Source: Nitrosospira multiformis ATCC 25196 (GTDB taxonomy: Bacteria; Pseudomonadota; Gammaproteobacteria; Burkholderiales; Nitrosomonadaceae). Taken from it: 32,000 nt of DNA. The translations under genes were made by a program, and so were the position numbers. Positions 9,074 through 20,175 of this stretch are shown here, piece by piece (the first letter of the stretch is position 1; every line of letters begins with the position of its first letter). The notes beneath the pieces were generated by a model, which made no database searches, was not told the origin of the DNA, and worked only from the letters and a program-made list of their open reading frames with translations. The stretch covers positions 240,001 to 272,000 of the forward strand of contig NC_007614.1 in assembly GCF_000196355.1 (NCBI RefSeq), in the 5' to 3' direction.

Positions 9074-9328
9074 ATGACAAAGCCCGTCGACCCCGTCAAA
9101 TTTTCCCCTCCGGAAGGTTTTGAAGCTGCGCTGGCTGAGCTGGAAAGCATCGTTCTGGAAATGGAAGCAGGGCAGATGCCGCTTGAAGAATCCCTCGAAG
9201 CTCACAAACGTGGGACGGAATTGCTACAATATTGCCACTCCAAGTTGCAGGATGCTCAGCAGCAGGTACGCCTCCTTGAAGCCAACACACTGAAAAATTT
9301 CTCCCCTTCCGGTATTGATGACCGCTGA
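9074..9328 (+). CDS. xseB: Exodeoxyribonuclease VII small subunit
   Basis: KFSPPEGFEAALAELESIVLEMEAGQMPLEESLEAHKRGTELLQYCHSKLQDAQQQV is a canonical XseB pattern. The start is the ATG at 9074 or an upstream ATG at 9065. Confidence 0.93.
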   Translation: MTKPVDPVKFSPPEGFEAALAELESIVLEMEAGQMPLEESLEAHKRGTELLQYCHSKLQDAQQQVRLLEANTLKNFSPSGIDDR

Positions 9329-10211
9329 TTTCCAGGATTGGGCGAGAAGCCACCAGGTACGCATCGAAAATTCCCTGCAGACCCTGCTTCCCGCCGCAGA
9401 CGTCGCGCCTGAGCGCTTGCATGAAGCGATGCGCTACACCGTTCTGGGTGGGGGCAAGCGCGTCCGGCCTTTACTCGCTTTTGCAGCCGGCGAACTGAAC
9501 AAGGCGAATGAGGAGAGGGTAACGATTGCTGCTATCGCAGTGGAACTCATTCATGTCTATTCACTCGTGCACGACGATTTGCCCTGCATGGATGACGATG
9601 TATTGCGCCGGGGCAAGCCCACCTGCCATATCGAATATGGGGAAGCAATAGCGCTATTGACGGGTGACAGCTTGCAGAGCCTCGCTTTTCAGTTGCTGGC
9701 CGAATATTCCCTGGCCGACACCCCGAAGATGCAACTTGAAATGATCAGGCGCCTGGCGCAAGCGGCGGGTTCGCGCGGCATGGCGGGAGGGCAGGCTGTC
9801 GATCTTGCCAGCGTGGGCAGGACACTAAGCCTCCCCGAACTGGAATTCATGCATATTCACAAGACAGGCGCACTTATTCGAGCCGCGGTAATGCTGGGTG
9901 CCTATTGTGGGAGCAGGTTGGACGAAGCCCAGTTGGCAGCCCTTGATCATTTTGCCAAATGCATCGGTCTTGCATTTCAAGTTGTCGACGACGTTCTCGA
10001 CGCCGAGGCAACCACTGCCGCCCTCGGCAAGACTGCCGGCAAGGATGCCGAAAACAATAAGCCTACCTATGTGAGTATTCTGGGGAGCAAACGGGCCCGT
10101 GAACTCGCGGAGGAGTTGCGGCGGGAAGCCTATGCATCCCTGGAGATGTTTGAGGCAGCTGCGGGGCGGTTGAGGCAGGTAACCGACTTTATCATTCACC
10201 GGGAATTTTGA
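9318..10211 (+). CDS. ispA: Farnesyl diphosphate synthase (polyprenyl synthetase)
   Basis: FARM/SARM motifs: LVHDDLPCMDDDVLRRGKPTCHI and FQVVDDVLD; overlaps the 3' end of xseB. Confidence 0.95.
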   Translation: MTADFQDWARSHQVRIENSLQTLLPAADVAPERLHEAMRYTVLGGGKRVRPLLAFAAGELNKANEERVTIAAIAVELIHVYSLVHDDLPCMDDDVLRRGKPTCHIEYGEAIALLTGDSLQSLAFQLLAEYSLADTPKMQLEMIRRLAQAAGSRGMAGGQAVDLASVGRTLSLPELEFMHIHKTGALIRAAVMLGAYCGSRLDEAQLAALDHFAKCIGLAFQVVDDVLDAEATTAALGKTAGKDAENNKPTYVSILGSKRARELAEELRREAYASLEMFEAAAGRLRQVTDFIIHREF

Positions 10212-10270
10212 AGAATTTTGACGACCAGCGTGTTTCCCGGAAAAAGGATTTTGTAATTTTCAAGGTTTAA

Positions 10271-12115
10271 ATGCACCCATTGCTCAATACCATTACCGAT
10301 CCTGTCAAGCTGCGGGCACTGGACCGCAAGTTGCTGCCACAGCTTGCAGACGAGTTACGCCAATTCCTGGTTGAATCGGTAGCCAAAACTGGCGGTCATC
10401 TATCCTCCAATCTGGGTACGGTCGAACTGACCATCGCGCTGCACTACGTTTTCAATACACCCTATGACCGCCTGGTCTGGGATGTGGGCCACCAGACTTA
10501 TGTCCATAAAATTCTGACGGGACGGCGCGAAGGCATGAGCAAATTGCGCATGCGCGGCGGTATCGCCGGCTTTCCCCGCCGGGATGAAAGTGAATATGAC
10601 GCTTTCGGCACCGCTCACTCGAGTACCTCCATCAGCGCCGCGCTCGGGATGGCAGTAGCGTCGCAGTGGGAAGGCAAGAAGCGGTCCGTAGTCGCGGTGA
10701 TCGGTGATGGCGCGATGAGTGCCGGCATGGCGTTCGAGGCTTTGAATAATGCCGGCGCCATGGATACCAACCTGCTGGTCATTCTGAACGACAACGATAT
10801 GTCGATTTCCCGGCCAGTGGGAGCGCTCAACAATTATCTGGCGCGGCTCATGTCCGGCCAGTTTTATGCAACCGCGCGGCGCGCGGGCGAGAAAATGCTG
10901 GGGGTGGTTCCACACGTGCTGGAACTTGCCAAGCGTGCCGAGGAGCATGTAAAAGGCATGGTGACGCCAAGCACGCTGTTTGAAGAGTTCGGTTTCAATT
11001 ATATCGGGCCTATTGATGGCCATGATCTTGACGTGCTTGTCAGCACGCTCAACAACATCCGGAATCTTCGCGGTCCCCAGTTTCTGCACGTGGTAACCCG
11101 TAAAGGGGCGGGGTACAAGGCGGCGGAAGATGACCCGATTCTTTATCACGGCGTGACCAGGTTCAATCCCGACGCGGGCATCATTCCCAAGGCTTCAGTC
11201 AAGCCGTCCTATACCCAGGTTTTCGGGGATTGGCTGTGTGACATGGCGGCATTGGACCAGCGTCTGGTAGGGATTACTCCGGCCATGCGAGAGGGATCGG
11301 GTATGGTGAGATTTTCCCACGAATATGCCGATCGTTATTTTGACGTGGGTATCGCCGAGCAGCATGCCGTCACCTTTGCAGCCGGGCTCGCGTGCGATGG
11401 GTTGAAGCCGGTGGTGGCGATCTATTCGACATTTCTCCAGCGCGCATATGACCAGCTGATTCATGATGTCGCCATTCAGAATCTTCCTGTCGTGTTTGCC
11501 ATAGACCGTGCCGGACTGGTGGGAGCAGACGGACCTACCCATGCGGGGAGTTTCGATCTGACTTACCTGCGCTGTATTCCGAACATTACCGTAATGGCTC
11601 CTTCGGATGAGAACGAATGTCGCCAGATGCTGTACACCGCTTTTCAGATGAATACCCCCGCTGCTGTGCGCTATCCCCGAGGTTCAGGTAGCGGGGTGGC
11701 TCAGCAGAAAGAGATGCAGATGCTGCCGCTCGGGCGAGGTGAAATACGGCGGGAGGGAGCGGAAATTGCATTGCTCGCGTTCGGCAGCATGCTCCAGCCT
11801 TGCCTTGAGGCAGCGGAAGAATTGAATGCGACAGTCGCCAATATGCGTTTTGTCAAACCCCTGGACGATGATCTCGTTGCATCGCTGGCGGCCAATCACG
11901 AATTGCTCGTTACGGTGGAGGAAAACACTGTCATGGGTGGCGCAGGCAGCGCGGTTCTGGAATCACTATCTGCCCGAGGTCGTACAGTTCCGGTATTGCA
12001 GCTGGGTCTGCCGGACACTTTCCTCGACCAGGGCGACCCTTCTCAGATGTTGAGCGAGTGCGGGCTGGATAGGGAAGGGATCGTACACGCCATAAGAGCG
12101 AGATTCCCGAAGTAA
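10271..12115 (+). CDS. dxs: 1-deoxy-D-xylulose-5-phosphate synthase
   Basis: 614 aa. Thiamine-PP motif [18 protein letters not shown], plus [15 protein letters not shown] and [17 protein letters not shown]. Confidence 0.97.
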   Translation: MHPLLNTITDPVKLRALDRKLLPQLADELRQFLVESVAKTGGHLSSNLGTVELTIALHYVFNTPYDRLVWDVGHQTYVHKILTGRREGMSKLRMRGGIAGFPRRDESEYDAFGTAHSSTSISAALGMAVASQWEGKKRSVVAVIGDGAMSAGMAFEALNNAGAMDTNLLVILNDNDMSISRPVGALNNYLARLMSGQFYATARRAGEKMLGVVPHVLELAKRAEEHVKGMVTPSTLFEEFGFNYIGPIDGHDLDVLVSTLNNIRNLRGPQFLHVVTRKGAGYKAAEDDPILYHGVTRFNPDAGIIPKASVKPSYTQVFGDWLCDMAALDQRLVGITPAMREGSGMVRFSHEYADRYFDVGIAEQHAVTFAAGLACDGLKPVVAIYSTFLQRAYDQLIHDVAIQNLPVVFAIDRAGLVGADGPTHAGSFDLTYLRCIPNITVMAPSDENECRQMLYTAFQMNTPAAVRYPRGSGSGVAQQKEMQMLPLGRGEIRREGAEIALLAFGSMLQPCLEAAEELNATVANMRFVKPLDDDLVASLAANHELLVTVEENTVMGGAGSAVLESLSARGRTVPVLQLGLPDTFLDQGDPSQMLSECGLDREGIVHAIRARFPK

Positions 12116-12176
12116 ACCGCCCGCTTTTGCATCGCATGCCTTTGATATGCGATGTTCTTCCTTGCAATGGTACACG

Positions 12177-12968
12177 ATGAACAAAATGCTCATTGCAGAT
12201 GTGCAAAGTGTGGCCGATACGAGACGCATTGCCATCGACAAGGCGGGGATCAGGGCCATCCGCCATCCGGTAAGGATAATGGATAAGGCGGGCGTTCAGC
12301 ATACAGTGGCCGTATTCAACATGTATGTAAACCTGGCGCATCACCTCAAAGGCGTGCACATGTCTCGTTTTGTCGAGATGTTGAATGAGCATGATTCGGT
12401 AATCTCGGTGGAAACGTTTGAAAAGCTGCTGATTTCGATGGTGAAGAAGCTCGAGGCGGAATCCGGCGATATCGAAATGCGCTTTCCGTATTTCATCGGC
12501 AAAACCGCTCCGGTTTCCGGCATAAAGAGTCTGATGGACTATGACGTTACCTTCATCGGACAAACCAGGAACGGAGAATCCCGCTTCACTTTGAAAGTGG
12601 TCGTGCCCGTAACCAGCCTTTGCCCATGCTCCAAAGAGGTATCGGACGATGGAGCGCACAACCAGCGATCCCATATATCCATATCAATCCGGGCGAATCA
12701 TTTCGTATGGATAGAAGATCTGATCCGCATCGCGGAAGACCAGGCCTCCTGTGAGCTCTATGGATTGCTCAAACGCTCGGACGAAAAGTATGTCACCGAG
12801 AAGGCCTACGGTAATCCCAAGTTCGTCGAGGATGCAGTGCGGGATATCGCATCAGTGCTCGATCGGGACGAGCGGATAGACGCTTATACAGTGGAAGCGG
12901 AAAATTTCGAATCCATTCATAATCATTCCGCATATGCGCTGATCGAGTGCGACAAATTGAAGAATTGA
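12177..12968 (+). CDS. folE2: GTP cyclohydrolase FolE2 (type IB)
   Basis: [44 protein letters not shown] and [11 protein letters not shown] match the COG1469/FolE2 signature. Start placed at ATG 12177. Confidence 0.93.
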   Translation: MNKMLIADVQSVADTRRIAIDKAGIRAIRHPVRIMDKAGVQHTVAVFNMYVNLAHHLKGVHMSRFVEMLNEHDSVISVETFEKLLISMVKKLEAESGDIEMRFPYFIGKTAPVSGIKSLMDYDVTFIGQTRNGESRFTLKVVVPVTSLCPCSKEVSDDGAHNQRSHISISIRANHFVWIEDLIRIAEDQASCELYGLLKRSDEKYVTEKAYGNPKFVEDAVRDIASVLDRDERIDAYTVEAENFESIHNHSAYALIECDKLKN

Positions 12969-13088
12969 CTCCCTCCCGTCTCGATCTGTTTCCCTGCCTC
13001 CGGCTGCTTCCCGTTCCCCCTTTCCGGGATAAGATGGAGTAATAAGCGCAATCCTGCGCTCAAACTGATTTTCTCCACGGAACCAAAA

Positions 13089-13117
13089 TTGACCTTTTAG
13101 CGGCGGAAAGGTATATT
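13089..13117 (+). promoter_or_regulatory. Sigma70-type promoter for the tRNA cluster
   Basis: TTGACC, 17 nt, TATATT, ending about 11 nt upstream of tRNA-Pro. Confidence 0.65.
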
Positions 13118-13128
13118 ATCGCCCTTTC

Positions 13129-13205
13129 CGGGGTGTAGCGTAGCCTGGTAGCGCGCCTGGTTTGGGACCAGGATGTCGGGAGTTCAAATCTCTCCACCCC
13201 GACCA
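13129..13205 (+). tRNA. tRNA-Pro(TGG)
   Basis: CGGGGTG acceptor pairs with CACCCCG, anticodon loop TTTGGGA, T-loop GTTCAAATC, encoded CCA. Confidence 0.95.
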
Positions 13206-13240
13206 TTCATGCTAATTCGAGGCGAAATCCGATTTGAGTG

Positions 13241-13317
13241 GTGCCCGTAGCTCAACCGGATAGAGCACCAGCCTTCTAAGCTGGGGGTTACAGGTTCGAT
13301 TCCTGTCGGGCACGCCA
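13241..13317 (+). tRNA. tRNA-Arg(TCT)
   Basis: GTGCCCG acceptor pairs with CGGGCAC, anticodon loop CTTCTAA, T-loop GTTCGATTC, encoded CCA. Confidence 0.95.
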
Positions 13318-13376
13318 TAAGCTATCTCGTCGTAGCCCTGCGGCGGTTTCGGAATTGTATTGCGATTTTCTCGGAT

Positions 13377-13452
13377 GGTGGCTGTAGCTCAGCGGTAGAG
13401 TCCCGGATTGTGATTCCGGTTGTCGTGGGTTCGATCCCCATCAGCCACCCCA
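13377..13452 (+). tRNA. tRNA-His(GTG)
   Basis: Extra 5' G (G-1), GTGGCTG acceptor pairs with CAGCCAC, anticodon loop TTGTGAT, encoded CCA. Confidence 0.95.
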
Positions 13453-14442
13453 AAACATCTGCCCATCCATTACATTCAATGCGAGCCTTTGCGCACCGCA
13501 GATCCTCGCTATTTGAACTTACCCTGCCCAGCGTGAAGTAAATGGCATACCCATTCTAATCAGTCGTGCAGAGCATGACGTACACAACCTTTCAGTTTGA
13601 AATCTTTTGTAGTAGAGTCTTAAAAGCGGGGAAGACTATGGGTAAAGTGTGACGAAACAACGAACTTTATCAGTCAGGATTTCACTCTTTTCCTGCTTGG
13701 GAGGCGAAAGCAATAACTCCTATACGTAACTCTCCATAAATTCAGATCATGATTCCTTCACGACTGGCCGAGGCTGCTTCTATTGTCAGCAATTTGCATA
13801 ACCCGTTTACGTACGCTGGCAGCGCAAGAAGGCTCTCTCTAGCCGGTACCCTGGTTTTTATCCAGTTGTCAGGCTTTACACTTGCGAAGCACGTGGCTCT
13901 GCTAGTCGCCCCTGAACAGCCCCTTGTCCAAGCATCCAATATGTCCTTCGTAATACCTGCTTCGAATCTTGACCCCGATTAGCAAACTTCCTCCCAAGCG
14001 GCAAATTTATATTTATATTGAGGTTATGTGAATTAACGAACAGACAGTCTTTTTATTACCGGTAATATTTGACCCCTGCCCTAGTGCTGTTCTCGCTCTT
14101 GCTCTTTTGCAGTAGCGCCGTGAGCAGGAAGGACTTTTCCCCTGCTCTCCCTGATGTTGATGGTAGCGGCCGGAAATACTTTGGTAACAGTAGTGAGTCA
14201 TTATTTCAAATACTCCCGATAAAGCGGAAGCCAAAAATGAAGCACAATGTCGAGCAGAACTCACAGCGTCCAACATTGGAAAGACCGAGGGGGAGACTAG
14301 CGACGTTTGTGCTGTATCAGAGAAAGAACAACTCCCTGCTGAATGTAACGGCAGCGCCCGCCCACAATTTACATTCGTTTTATCGCAGTATTAAAGCCTG
14401 AGTTATTAACCCATTCAATAAACCAATTACTCACAAAATAAA

Positions 14443-15246
14443 ATGGGTTTCTTCCCTCCGTTCACTGATGATCATCTTCAGCGTTACTTTCGCATCCTTC
14501 AGGAAGGGACAGCAGTTCGCCGCCATTTTGACCTATTGAAGTGGCTGCAAGGGGAAGTGCAGCATTATTTGCCCCACGAGATCCTGCTTGCGGCGTGGGG
14601 CGATTTCGGTTCGAACAATGTCCAATACGACATCATTTCTCCGCTGCCGGGTCTCAGGACGGCGCAATTGCAGTTGGCCCGGCTTTCTCCATTGCTGCGC
14701 GTATCCTACAACCGGTGGATTGAGGTGGGACGCATTCCTTGTGTATCCAGGGTTTGCGAGGCCCAGCTGGACGTGTCGGGGATTCTCCAGGGGGATGGGG
14801 CGGCGCACTGCCCTTTCGGAAGAGCGTTACGCAACATGCGTTCGTCACTGTTTCATGGTATCAGCGACGAGCGCGGGCACCATGATTGCCTTTACGTCGT
14901 CTTCAGTTCAAAGGATAAGCTTGACGATTCAACATTAATTGCAATGGAAATTCTGCTGCCCTACCTTGATACGGCTTTGCGCCGCGTGACACCCCTGCCG
15001 CAGCACTCCTGCCGGCCCTCCCTCCTCGCAGATGCACCGGAGTATGATCTCCATGGCCTGAGCGAGCGAGAGGTCGAAATAATGACCTGGGTAAGAAAGG
15101 GCAAAACAAATGCCGAAATCGGCAGTATCCTGCGCATCAGTTCTTACACTGTCAAAAACCACCTGCACCAGATATTCCGGAAACTCGATGTCTACAATCG
15201 GGTGCAAGCCATTTCCAAAATTGAACAGCGTGTTGGTCATGGCTGA
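14443..15246 (+). CDS. epsA: LuxR-family transcriptional regulator, XrtB/PEP-CTERM-associated EpsA type
   Basis: C-terminal HTH: LSEREVEIMTWVRKGKTNAEIGSILRISSYTVKNHLHQIFRKLDVYNRVQA. First gene of the EPS locus. Confidence 0.82.
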   Translation: MGFFPPFTDDHLQRYFRILQEGTAVRRHFDLLKWLQGEVQHYLPHEILLAAWGDFGSNNVQYDIISPLPGLRTAQLQLARLSPLLRVSYNRWIEVGRIPCVSRVCEAQLDVSGILQGDGAAHCPFGRALRNMRSSLFHGISDERGHHDCLYVVFSSKDKLDDSTLIAMEILLPYLDTALRRVTPLPQHSCRPSLLADAPEYDLHGLSEREVEIMTWVRKGKTNAEIGSILRISSYTVKNHLHQIFRKLDVYNRVQAISKIEQRVGHG

Positions 15247-16657
15247 GGCAAATCCTACATTTTCCGCTTCAACCGTTACCGCCCGCCAGGTGAAAGGCCC
15301 GCTGGCTAATAATATGCTGAGCGCGGTCGAGTCGGTACTTGATCCGGCAGTACTGACACTTTCGTTATGGCTGATAAGCACCAGTTTTGAAGGCGAATTG
15401 CTCCCGCCTTATTTGATCCTGTCGGTGATCGTATTCTCTATCTCCTTTCCAGGTGCGTCACATCTCCGGTCATCCGTCAAGGTTCTCATCTTCGACGTGC
15501 TCTACACCTGGTTCTGGATGGCTTTGCTACTGTTTTTTCTCGGTTTTGCGACCGGCTATATCGCCCAATTCTCCAGCCAGGTGCTCATTACATGGCTATG
15601 GGCTGCCCCCCTAAGTCAAATCGGCGTCCATCTGCTGTTTCGTATCGCCGCACCCTATCTTCTCATGCTCCAGGGTCCGCCACAGCGCGCCATCATCGTC
15701 GGCATGAACGAGCAGGGGGTCGCCCTCGCCCGTCGTATTCATGAGACGCGTTATTCGAATATGGAACTGTCCGGTTTTTTTGATGATCGGAATGAGAGCC
15801 GACTTTCGCATGCGCGGAATAATCCCTTGCTCGGAAGGCTTCGAGAGCTTCCCGAATTTGTCAAGGAGCATCGCATCCAGTTCATTTATCTGTCGTTGCC
15901 GATGGCTTCCCAGCCACGCATCCTGCATGTTCTCGAAGAACTGAAAGATACGACGGCCTCCATCTATTTCGTACCCGACATGTTTATTACGGATCTTATT
16001 CAGGCGCGAAGTGGCACAGTGTGTGGTACGCCGGTTATCGCTGTCTGCGAATCGCCTTTTACGGGCTCCAATGGGATGGTCAAGCGCGCAAGCGACATTA
16101 TCCTCTCCCTGCTTATACTGCTACTCATATCACCACTTCTGCTGCTCATCGCGGTTGCCATCCGGCTGGATTCGCCAGGGCCCATTATTTTCAAGCAGCG
16201 ACGCTATGGGCTGGACGGAGAGGAAATCCTTGTTTACAAGTTTAGATCGATGAGCGTCTGCGAAGATGGGAATACCATCCGGCAAGCACAAAGGAATGAT
16301 AACCGCATAACCCGCGTCGGGGCTTTCCTGCGAAGCAATTCCCTGGATGAATTGCCGCAGTTCATCAATGTATTGCAGGGGCGCATGAGCATCGTGGGCC
16401 CCAGGCCTCATGCAGTAGCGCACAACGAGATATATCGCAACCTTATAAAAGGCTACATGATCCGGCACAAGGTAAAGCCGGGAATTACAGGTTGGGCGCA
16501 GGTGAACGGCTACCGTGGGGAGACGCGGACCCTGGACAAGATGCAGGCGCGTATCGATCATGATCTCGATTATTTACGCAACTGGTCGTTGCGGCTCGAT
16601 TTGCACATCATCTGCAAGACTATCCTGGTAGTACTGAAAGATCGGGCTGCATATTAA
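15239..16657 (+). CDS. epsB: Undecaprenyl-phosphate glucose-1-phosphate transferase / polyprenyl glycosylphosphotransferase
   Basis: [48 protein letters not shown] and [17 protein letters not shown]. Start placed at ATG 15239, overlapping the epsA stop. Confidence 0.92.
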   Translation: MAEANPTFSASTVTARQVKGPLANNMLSAVESVLDPAVLTLSLWLISTSFEGELLPPYLILSVIVFSISFPGASHLRSSVKVLIFDVLYTWFWMALLLFFLGFATGYIAQFSSQVLITWLWAAPLSQIGVHLLFRIAAPYLLMLQGPPQRAIIVGMNEQGVALARRIHETRYSNMELSGFFDDRNESRLSHARNNPLLGRLRELPEFVKEHRIQFIYLSLPMASQPRILHVLEELKDTTASIYFVPDMFITDLIQARSGTVCGTPVIAVCESPFTGSNGMVKRASDIILSLLILLLISPLLLLIAVAIRLDSPGPIIFKQRRYGLDGEEILVYKFRSMSVCEDGNTIRQAQRNDNRITRVGAFLRSNSLDELPQFINVLQGRMSIVGPRPHAVAHNEIYRNLIKGYMIRHKVKPGITGWAQVNGYRGETRTLDKMQARIDHDLDYLRNWSLRLDLHIICKTILVVLKDRAAY

Positions 16658-16784
16658 ATGCTCTCTCATGCGCCGTAAAGCCTCCCAGCAGTCATTAACA
16701 CGAATAACACTTCCGCTATCCTCTCGTTAATCAAGGTGATACTCTTGCAGTCTCCTTTGTATCGGAAAGATAGAGATATCTAAA

Positions 16785-18104
16785 ATGAAAAAAAGATTGC
16801 CGTTAAATCTTTTCCTTGATTGCCGTCGCTGGATTGCAGTAATTGCCTCTTTGGGTTTTTTTTTGTTGGACATGCAACAGGCAATGGCTCAACAGACGAC
16901 GCCCCATCCCCCCAGGATGGTGCCCGACAAGACTTTCAGCGTGACCGCGGGCACCACATTTACGTATGACAGCAATGTCTTTCGTTTGTCTCCCCTCGTT
17001 AATCCGATTGCATTAACCGGCCAACCGCGGAGAGCCGATCAGATCATCATCACGTCTGCAACTCTTGGGTTTAATAAAAGATATTCCATGCAACGCTTCG
17101 AGGTAACAGGCACCCTGGTTGATAATCGTTACATGAATTTTGATTTCCTTGATTTTCTCGGAAAAAATTACAACGCGGCCTGGCACTGGTATGTAACCCC
17201 TTACCTTCATGGCAGATTGACTAGCCGCCACAGTGAGGCGCTTAACAATTTTGCAAACCTCTCCGGTTTTCTGAATGGCACGAATCGCAACCTACGCACC
17301 CTTGACAACTATCATTTCGATGGAGTTCTTGAGCTTAACCGGGCGTGGCATCTCATTGGAGGGCTTGACCATAGCATCATGAAGAACAGCCGCTTAACCA
17401 TTCAGGATTTCAACAACAAGGTTACCTCGGTGGAGGGGGGAATACGCTATGTCTCCAGTTCCGGCGGCTCGCTCACTTACAGAGTGAGAAGCGGGCGCGG
17501 GGAGTTCATCAATCGACCCGCGCCTCTTCCCGAGTTTCTCTTTGATACCCGTTTCGATGAAATGGAGCACGATCTCCGCATGCATTGGCCCGTCACGGTC
17601 AAGACCTCCATAGAAGGACGAATCGGCTACCTCGACCGCAAACATGCTCATTTTTCCCAGCGGGACTTCGCCGGCTTCGTGGGCGATCTCAATATAAGTT
17701 GGATGCCGACCAGCAAAGTGCAAGTGATGGGAGGATGGTCCAGACAATTATCCAATTATCAGACTGCACCATTTGCCTTTCAGCATTCTATCTTTGAGCG
17801 TTTCTCGAGTAGTTACATTGCCACCAATCGCTTCTCGATTGCCCCGACCTGGCAAATCACGGAAAAGACTGCATTGAGGGTGCGCTATGATTATGTTCTC
17901 AGTGATTTTCATGGCGCTGTTGTTCCTCTTCCTACAGAGAGCCGGAGCGATCAGATGCATTCCGGTCTGGTTGCTCTCGATTGGCGGCCACTTAACACAC
18001 TCTACTTAAGCGCCGCTTTTCATCGGGATCATCGCAGTTCCAACCATCGCGGCTTTGGTTTTGACAGCACCGCAGGAAGTGTGTCGGCCACGCTTAATTT
18101 TTGA
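16785..18104 (+). CDS. epsL: Outer-membrane beta-barrel polysaccharide biosynthesis protein, EpsL type
   Basis: Signal peptide (ending MQQAMAQ), FSVTAGTTFTYDSNVFRLSP and repeated amphipathic strands ending in aromatic residues (VSATLNF C-terminus), in eps context. Confidence 0.75.
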   Translation: MKKRLPLNLFLDCRRWIAVIASLGFFLLDMQQAMAQQTTPHPPRMVPDKTFSVTAGTTFTYDSNVFRLSPLVNPIALTGQPRRADQIIITSATLGFNKRYSMQRFEVTGTLVDNRYMNFDFLDFLGKNYNAAWHWYVTPYLHGRLTSRHSEALNNFANLSGFLNGTNRNLRTLDNYHFDGVLELNRAWHLIGGLDHSIMKNSRLTIQDFNNKVTSVEGGIRYVSSSGGSLTYRVRSGRGEFINRPAPLPEFLFDTRFDEMEHDLRMHWPVTVKTSIEGRIGYLDRKHAHFSQRDFAGFVGDLNISWMPTSKVQVMGGWSRQLSNYQTAPFAFQHSIFERFSSSYIATNRFSIAPTWQITEKTALRVRYDYVLSDFHGAVVPLPTESRSDQMHSGLVALDWRPLNTLYLSAAFHRDHRSSNHRGFGFDSTAGSVSATLNF

Positions 18105-18366
18105 TGATCAAGCAATCCATGTTCGCTATTATTACTATTGAGAGGAGTTGGGAAAAGGTGATTTACAATGGGAGTCTGGTAGTACGAACGGACTATTGCA
18201 GCCAAATACCACCTCGGCTACCGTGGTTGTCAGCTACCTGAATTACACGCCGGTATTGACGAGAATCTGTACTGGCAGGAAGAGTGAACTGCTTGAAAAA
18301 AAGGATTGTTTTAAATTATTGTCCTATTCTTTAACCGAAAAGCCAATGGCTCAACAAATTGATCAT

Positions 18367-19338
18367 ATGAAAATGAATCGTCAGAAATTCATAACGCCAC
18401 TATTACTTCCGTTGCTTGTTTTAGGACTCGCAGCCTGCGACAAAAAAGAATCCTCACAACCGGCCAGCCAGGTAGCGGCCAAAGTAAATTCCGGCGAAAT
18501 ATCCGTGCATCAACTCAATTATGTTCTGGCCAGAGCCACGCGCAATAGCGCAAATTCTCCGGAAAATGCATCCAGGATTCGCCGGGAAGTTCTTGATCGC
18601 CTGGTCGATCAGGAACTTGCGGTAGAACAGGCTATCAATAAAAAACTTGACCGTTCGCCGGAAGTTCTCATGGCCCTGGATAATGCACGTAGAGAGATTC
18701 TTGCACGTGCCTATCTCGAGCAGATCACTGCGGCTACTCCAAAGCCAACCGTCGAAGAAGCAAAAACCTACTATTCGGAACATCCACAGCTTTTCGCGGA
18801 ACGGCGCATTTATAACATACAGGAAATTGTGCTTCCTTCATCAGCCGGCGTCGCGGACGAGCTGCGGGAAATGCTCGACTCAGGCAAACCCATGGAAGAC
18901 ATTGCGAAGTGGCTCAAAGGCAAGGACATAAAGTTTGCCGCTGGCAGCGCAACACGTTCCGCCGAGCAGATTCCCCTTGAGATCCTGCCCAAGATACATC
19001 CGCTGAAACCCGGCCAGGGCTTGCTCATCCAGGGTCCGCAATCGATTACCCTCATGCGGATCGCTGCCGCACAAACGGCGCCGATTACCGAAGCAGCAGC
19101 GTTGCCGCGCATCCAGCAGTTTCTTGGAAATCAGCGCGCGGCGGAAGCCGCCCGGGGGGAAATAAAGGCTCTCAAGGCAAAAGCCAATATCACCTACATG
19201 GGCGAATTCGCTGTTCCGGATAAAAATGCATCCGGGGGAGAAAATTCCGTTTCGTCAGTCGCCAGTGCTAGGGATTCAAGTTCGCCCCAAGCCGATAATC
19301 CCGGCCTTGAAAAGGGTGCGGCGGGTTTGTTGAGATAA
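18367..19338 (+). CDS. epsD: EpsD family SurA/PpiC-like peptidyl-prolyl cis-trans isomerase lipoprotein
   Basis: Lipobox LGLAAC; VAAKVNSGEISVHQLNYVLARA and QELAVEQAINKKLDRSPEV...ARREILARAYLEQI-like SurA N-domain, then a PPIase-like domain. The ORF opens at 18148 but the signal peptide starts near 18367. Confidence 0.82.
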   Translation: MKMNRQKFITPLLLPLLVLGLAACDKKESSQPASQVAAKVNSGEISVHQLNYVLARATRNSANSPENASRIRREVLDRLVDQELAVEQAINKKLDRSPEVLMALDNARREILARAYLEQITAATPKPTVEEAKTYYSEHPQLFAERRIYNIQEIVLPSSAGVADELREMLDSGKPMEDIAKWLKGKDIKFAAGSATRSAEQIPLEILPKIHPLKPGQGLLIQGPQSITLMRIAAAQTAPITEAAALPRIQQFLGNQRAAEAARGEIKALKAKANITYMGEFAVPDKNASGGENSVSSVASARDSSSPQADNPGLEKGAAGLLR

Positions 19339-19366
19339 CACAATTATCAAGAGGAAGTTCGACAAT

Positions 19367-20161
19367 ATGTTCCAAATTTTGGTTCGTACCTTGATTCTTT
19401 TATCCATGTTGTTTTCGGTTAAGGTTTTTGCCGAGAGTCCTGACTACCCGCTGGGTCCGGGTGATATCCTGCGCATTCAGGTTTTTCAAAATCCTGACCT
19501 TACTACTGAAACCCGGGTTTCCGAAAGTGGTTCCATCACCTTTCCGCTGGTTGGCGCTCTCGAGGTCGGAGGACTTTCTGTTGCTTCCGCCGAAAATAAA
19601 CTTGCAGCCGCCCTTAAAAAGGGAGGGTTCATAAAGCAACCCCAAGTGACCATTGTCCTCCTGCAGATGAGGGGTAGTCAGGTGAGTGTGCTGGGGCAGG
19701 TCAATCGACCGGGACGCTTTCCACTGGAAACCCTGAGCAGGGTGAGTGACATGCTGGCTGCCGCGGGAGGTACCACTCCGCTCGGCGACGATTTTGCAAT
19801 CGTTACCGGTACACGCAACGGACAGGCCTTCCGAAAGGTGATCGATATTCCCGCACTCTATCTGGAAGAGAGATCCGATGAAGATATCATCCTTGCTGGA
19901 GGAGACACGATTTATGTTCACCGGGCTCCCGTTTTCTATATTTACGGCGAGGCCCAGCGGCCTGGTGCTTATCGTATCGAGCGAGGCATGACCGTAATGC
20001 AGGCTCTGGCTCAGGGCGGGGGGCCGACTCCGCGTGGTAGCGAATGGTGGTTGCGCCTTCATCGCAGAAACGCGGATGGGGTCGTGGAGAAGCTTTCGCC
20101 CGACATGACCGATGCTGTCCAGCCTAATGACATAATTTATGTGCGAGAAAGCATTTTTTAA
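19367..20161 (+). CDS. epsE: Polysaccharide export protein (Wza/OPX-like), EpsE type
   Basis: Signal peptide; YPLGPGDILRIQVFQNPDLTTETRVSESGSITFPLVGALEVGG; SLBB-like GSQVSVLGQVNRPGRFPLE; RBS GAGGAA upstream. Confidence 0.93.
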   Translation: MFQILVRTLILLSMLFSVKVFAESPDYPLGPGDILRIQVFQNPDLTTETRVSESGSITFPLVGALEVGGLSVASAENKLAAALKKGGFIKQPQVTIVLLQMRGSQVSVLGQVNRPGRFPLETLSRVSDMLAAAGGTTPLGDDFAIVTGTRNGQAFRKVIDIPALYLEERSDEDIILAGGDTIYVHRAPVFYIYGEAQRPGAYRIERGMTVMQALAQGGGPTPRGSEWWLRLHRRNADGVVEKLSPDMTDAVQPNDIIYVRESIF

Positions 20162-20175
20162 GAGTCTTCCGGACT

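Noticed and set aside
13129-13452. tRNA cluster as a definite integrative-element attachment site
   Set aside because: No integrase gene and no duplicated tRNA 3' end were recognised in the window. Kept only as a speculative note on the adjacent spacer.
13749-13982. 77-aa plus-strand ORF and its antisense partner 13742..13939
   Set aside because: Has some hydrophobic stretches but no start context, motif or family resemblance. Probably chance.
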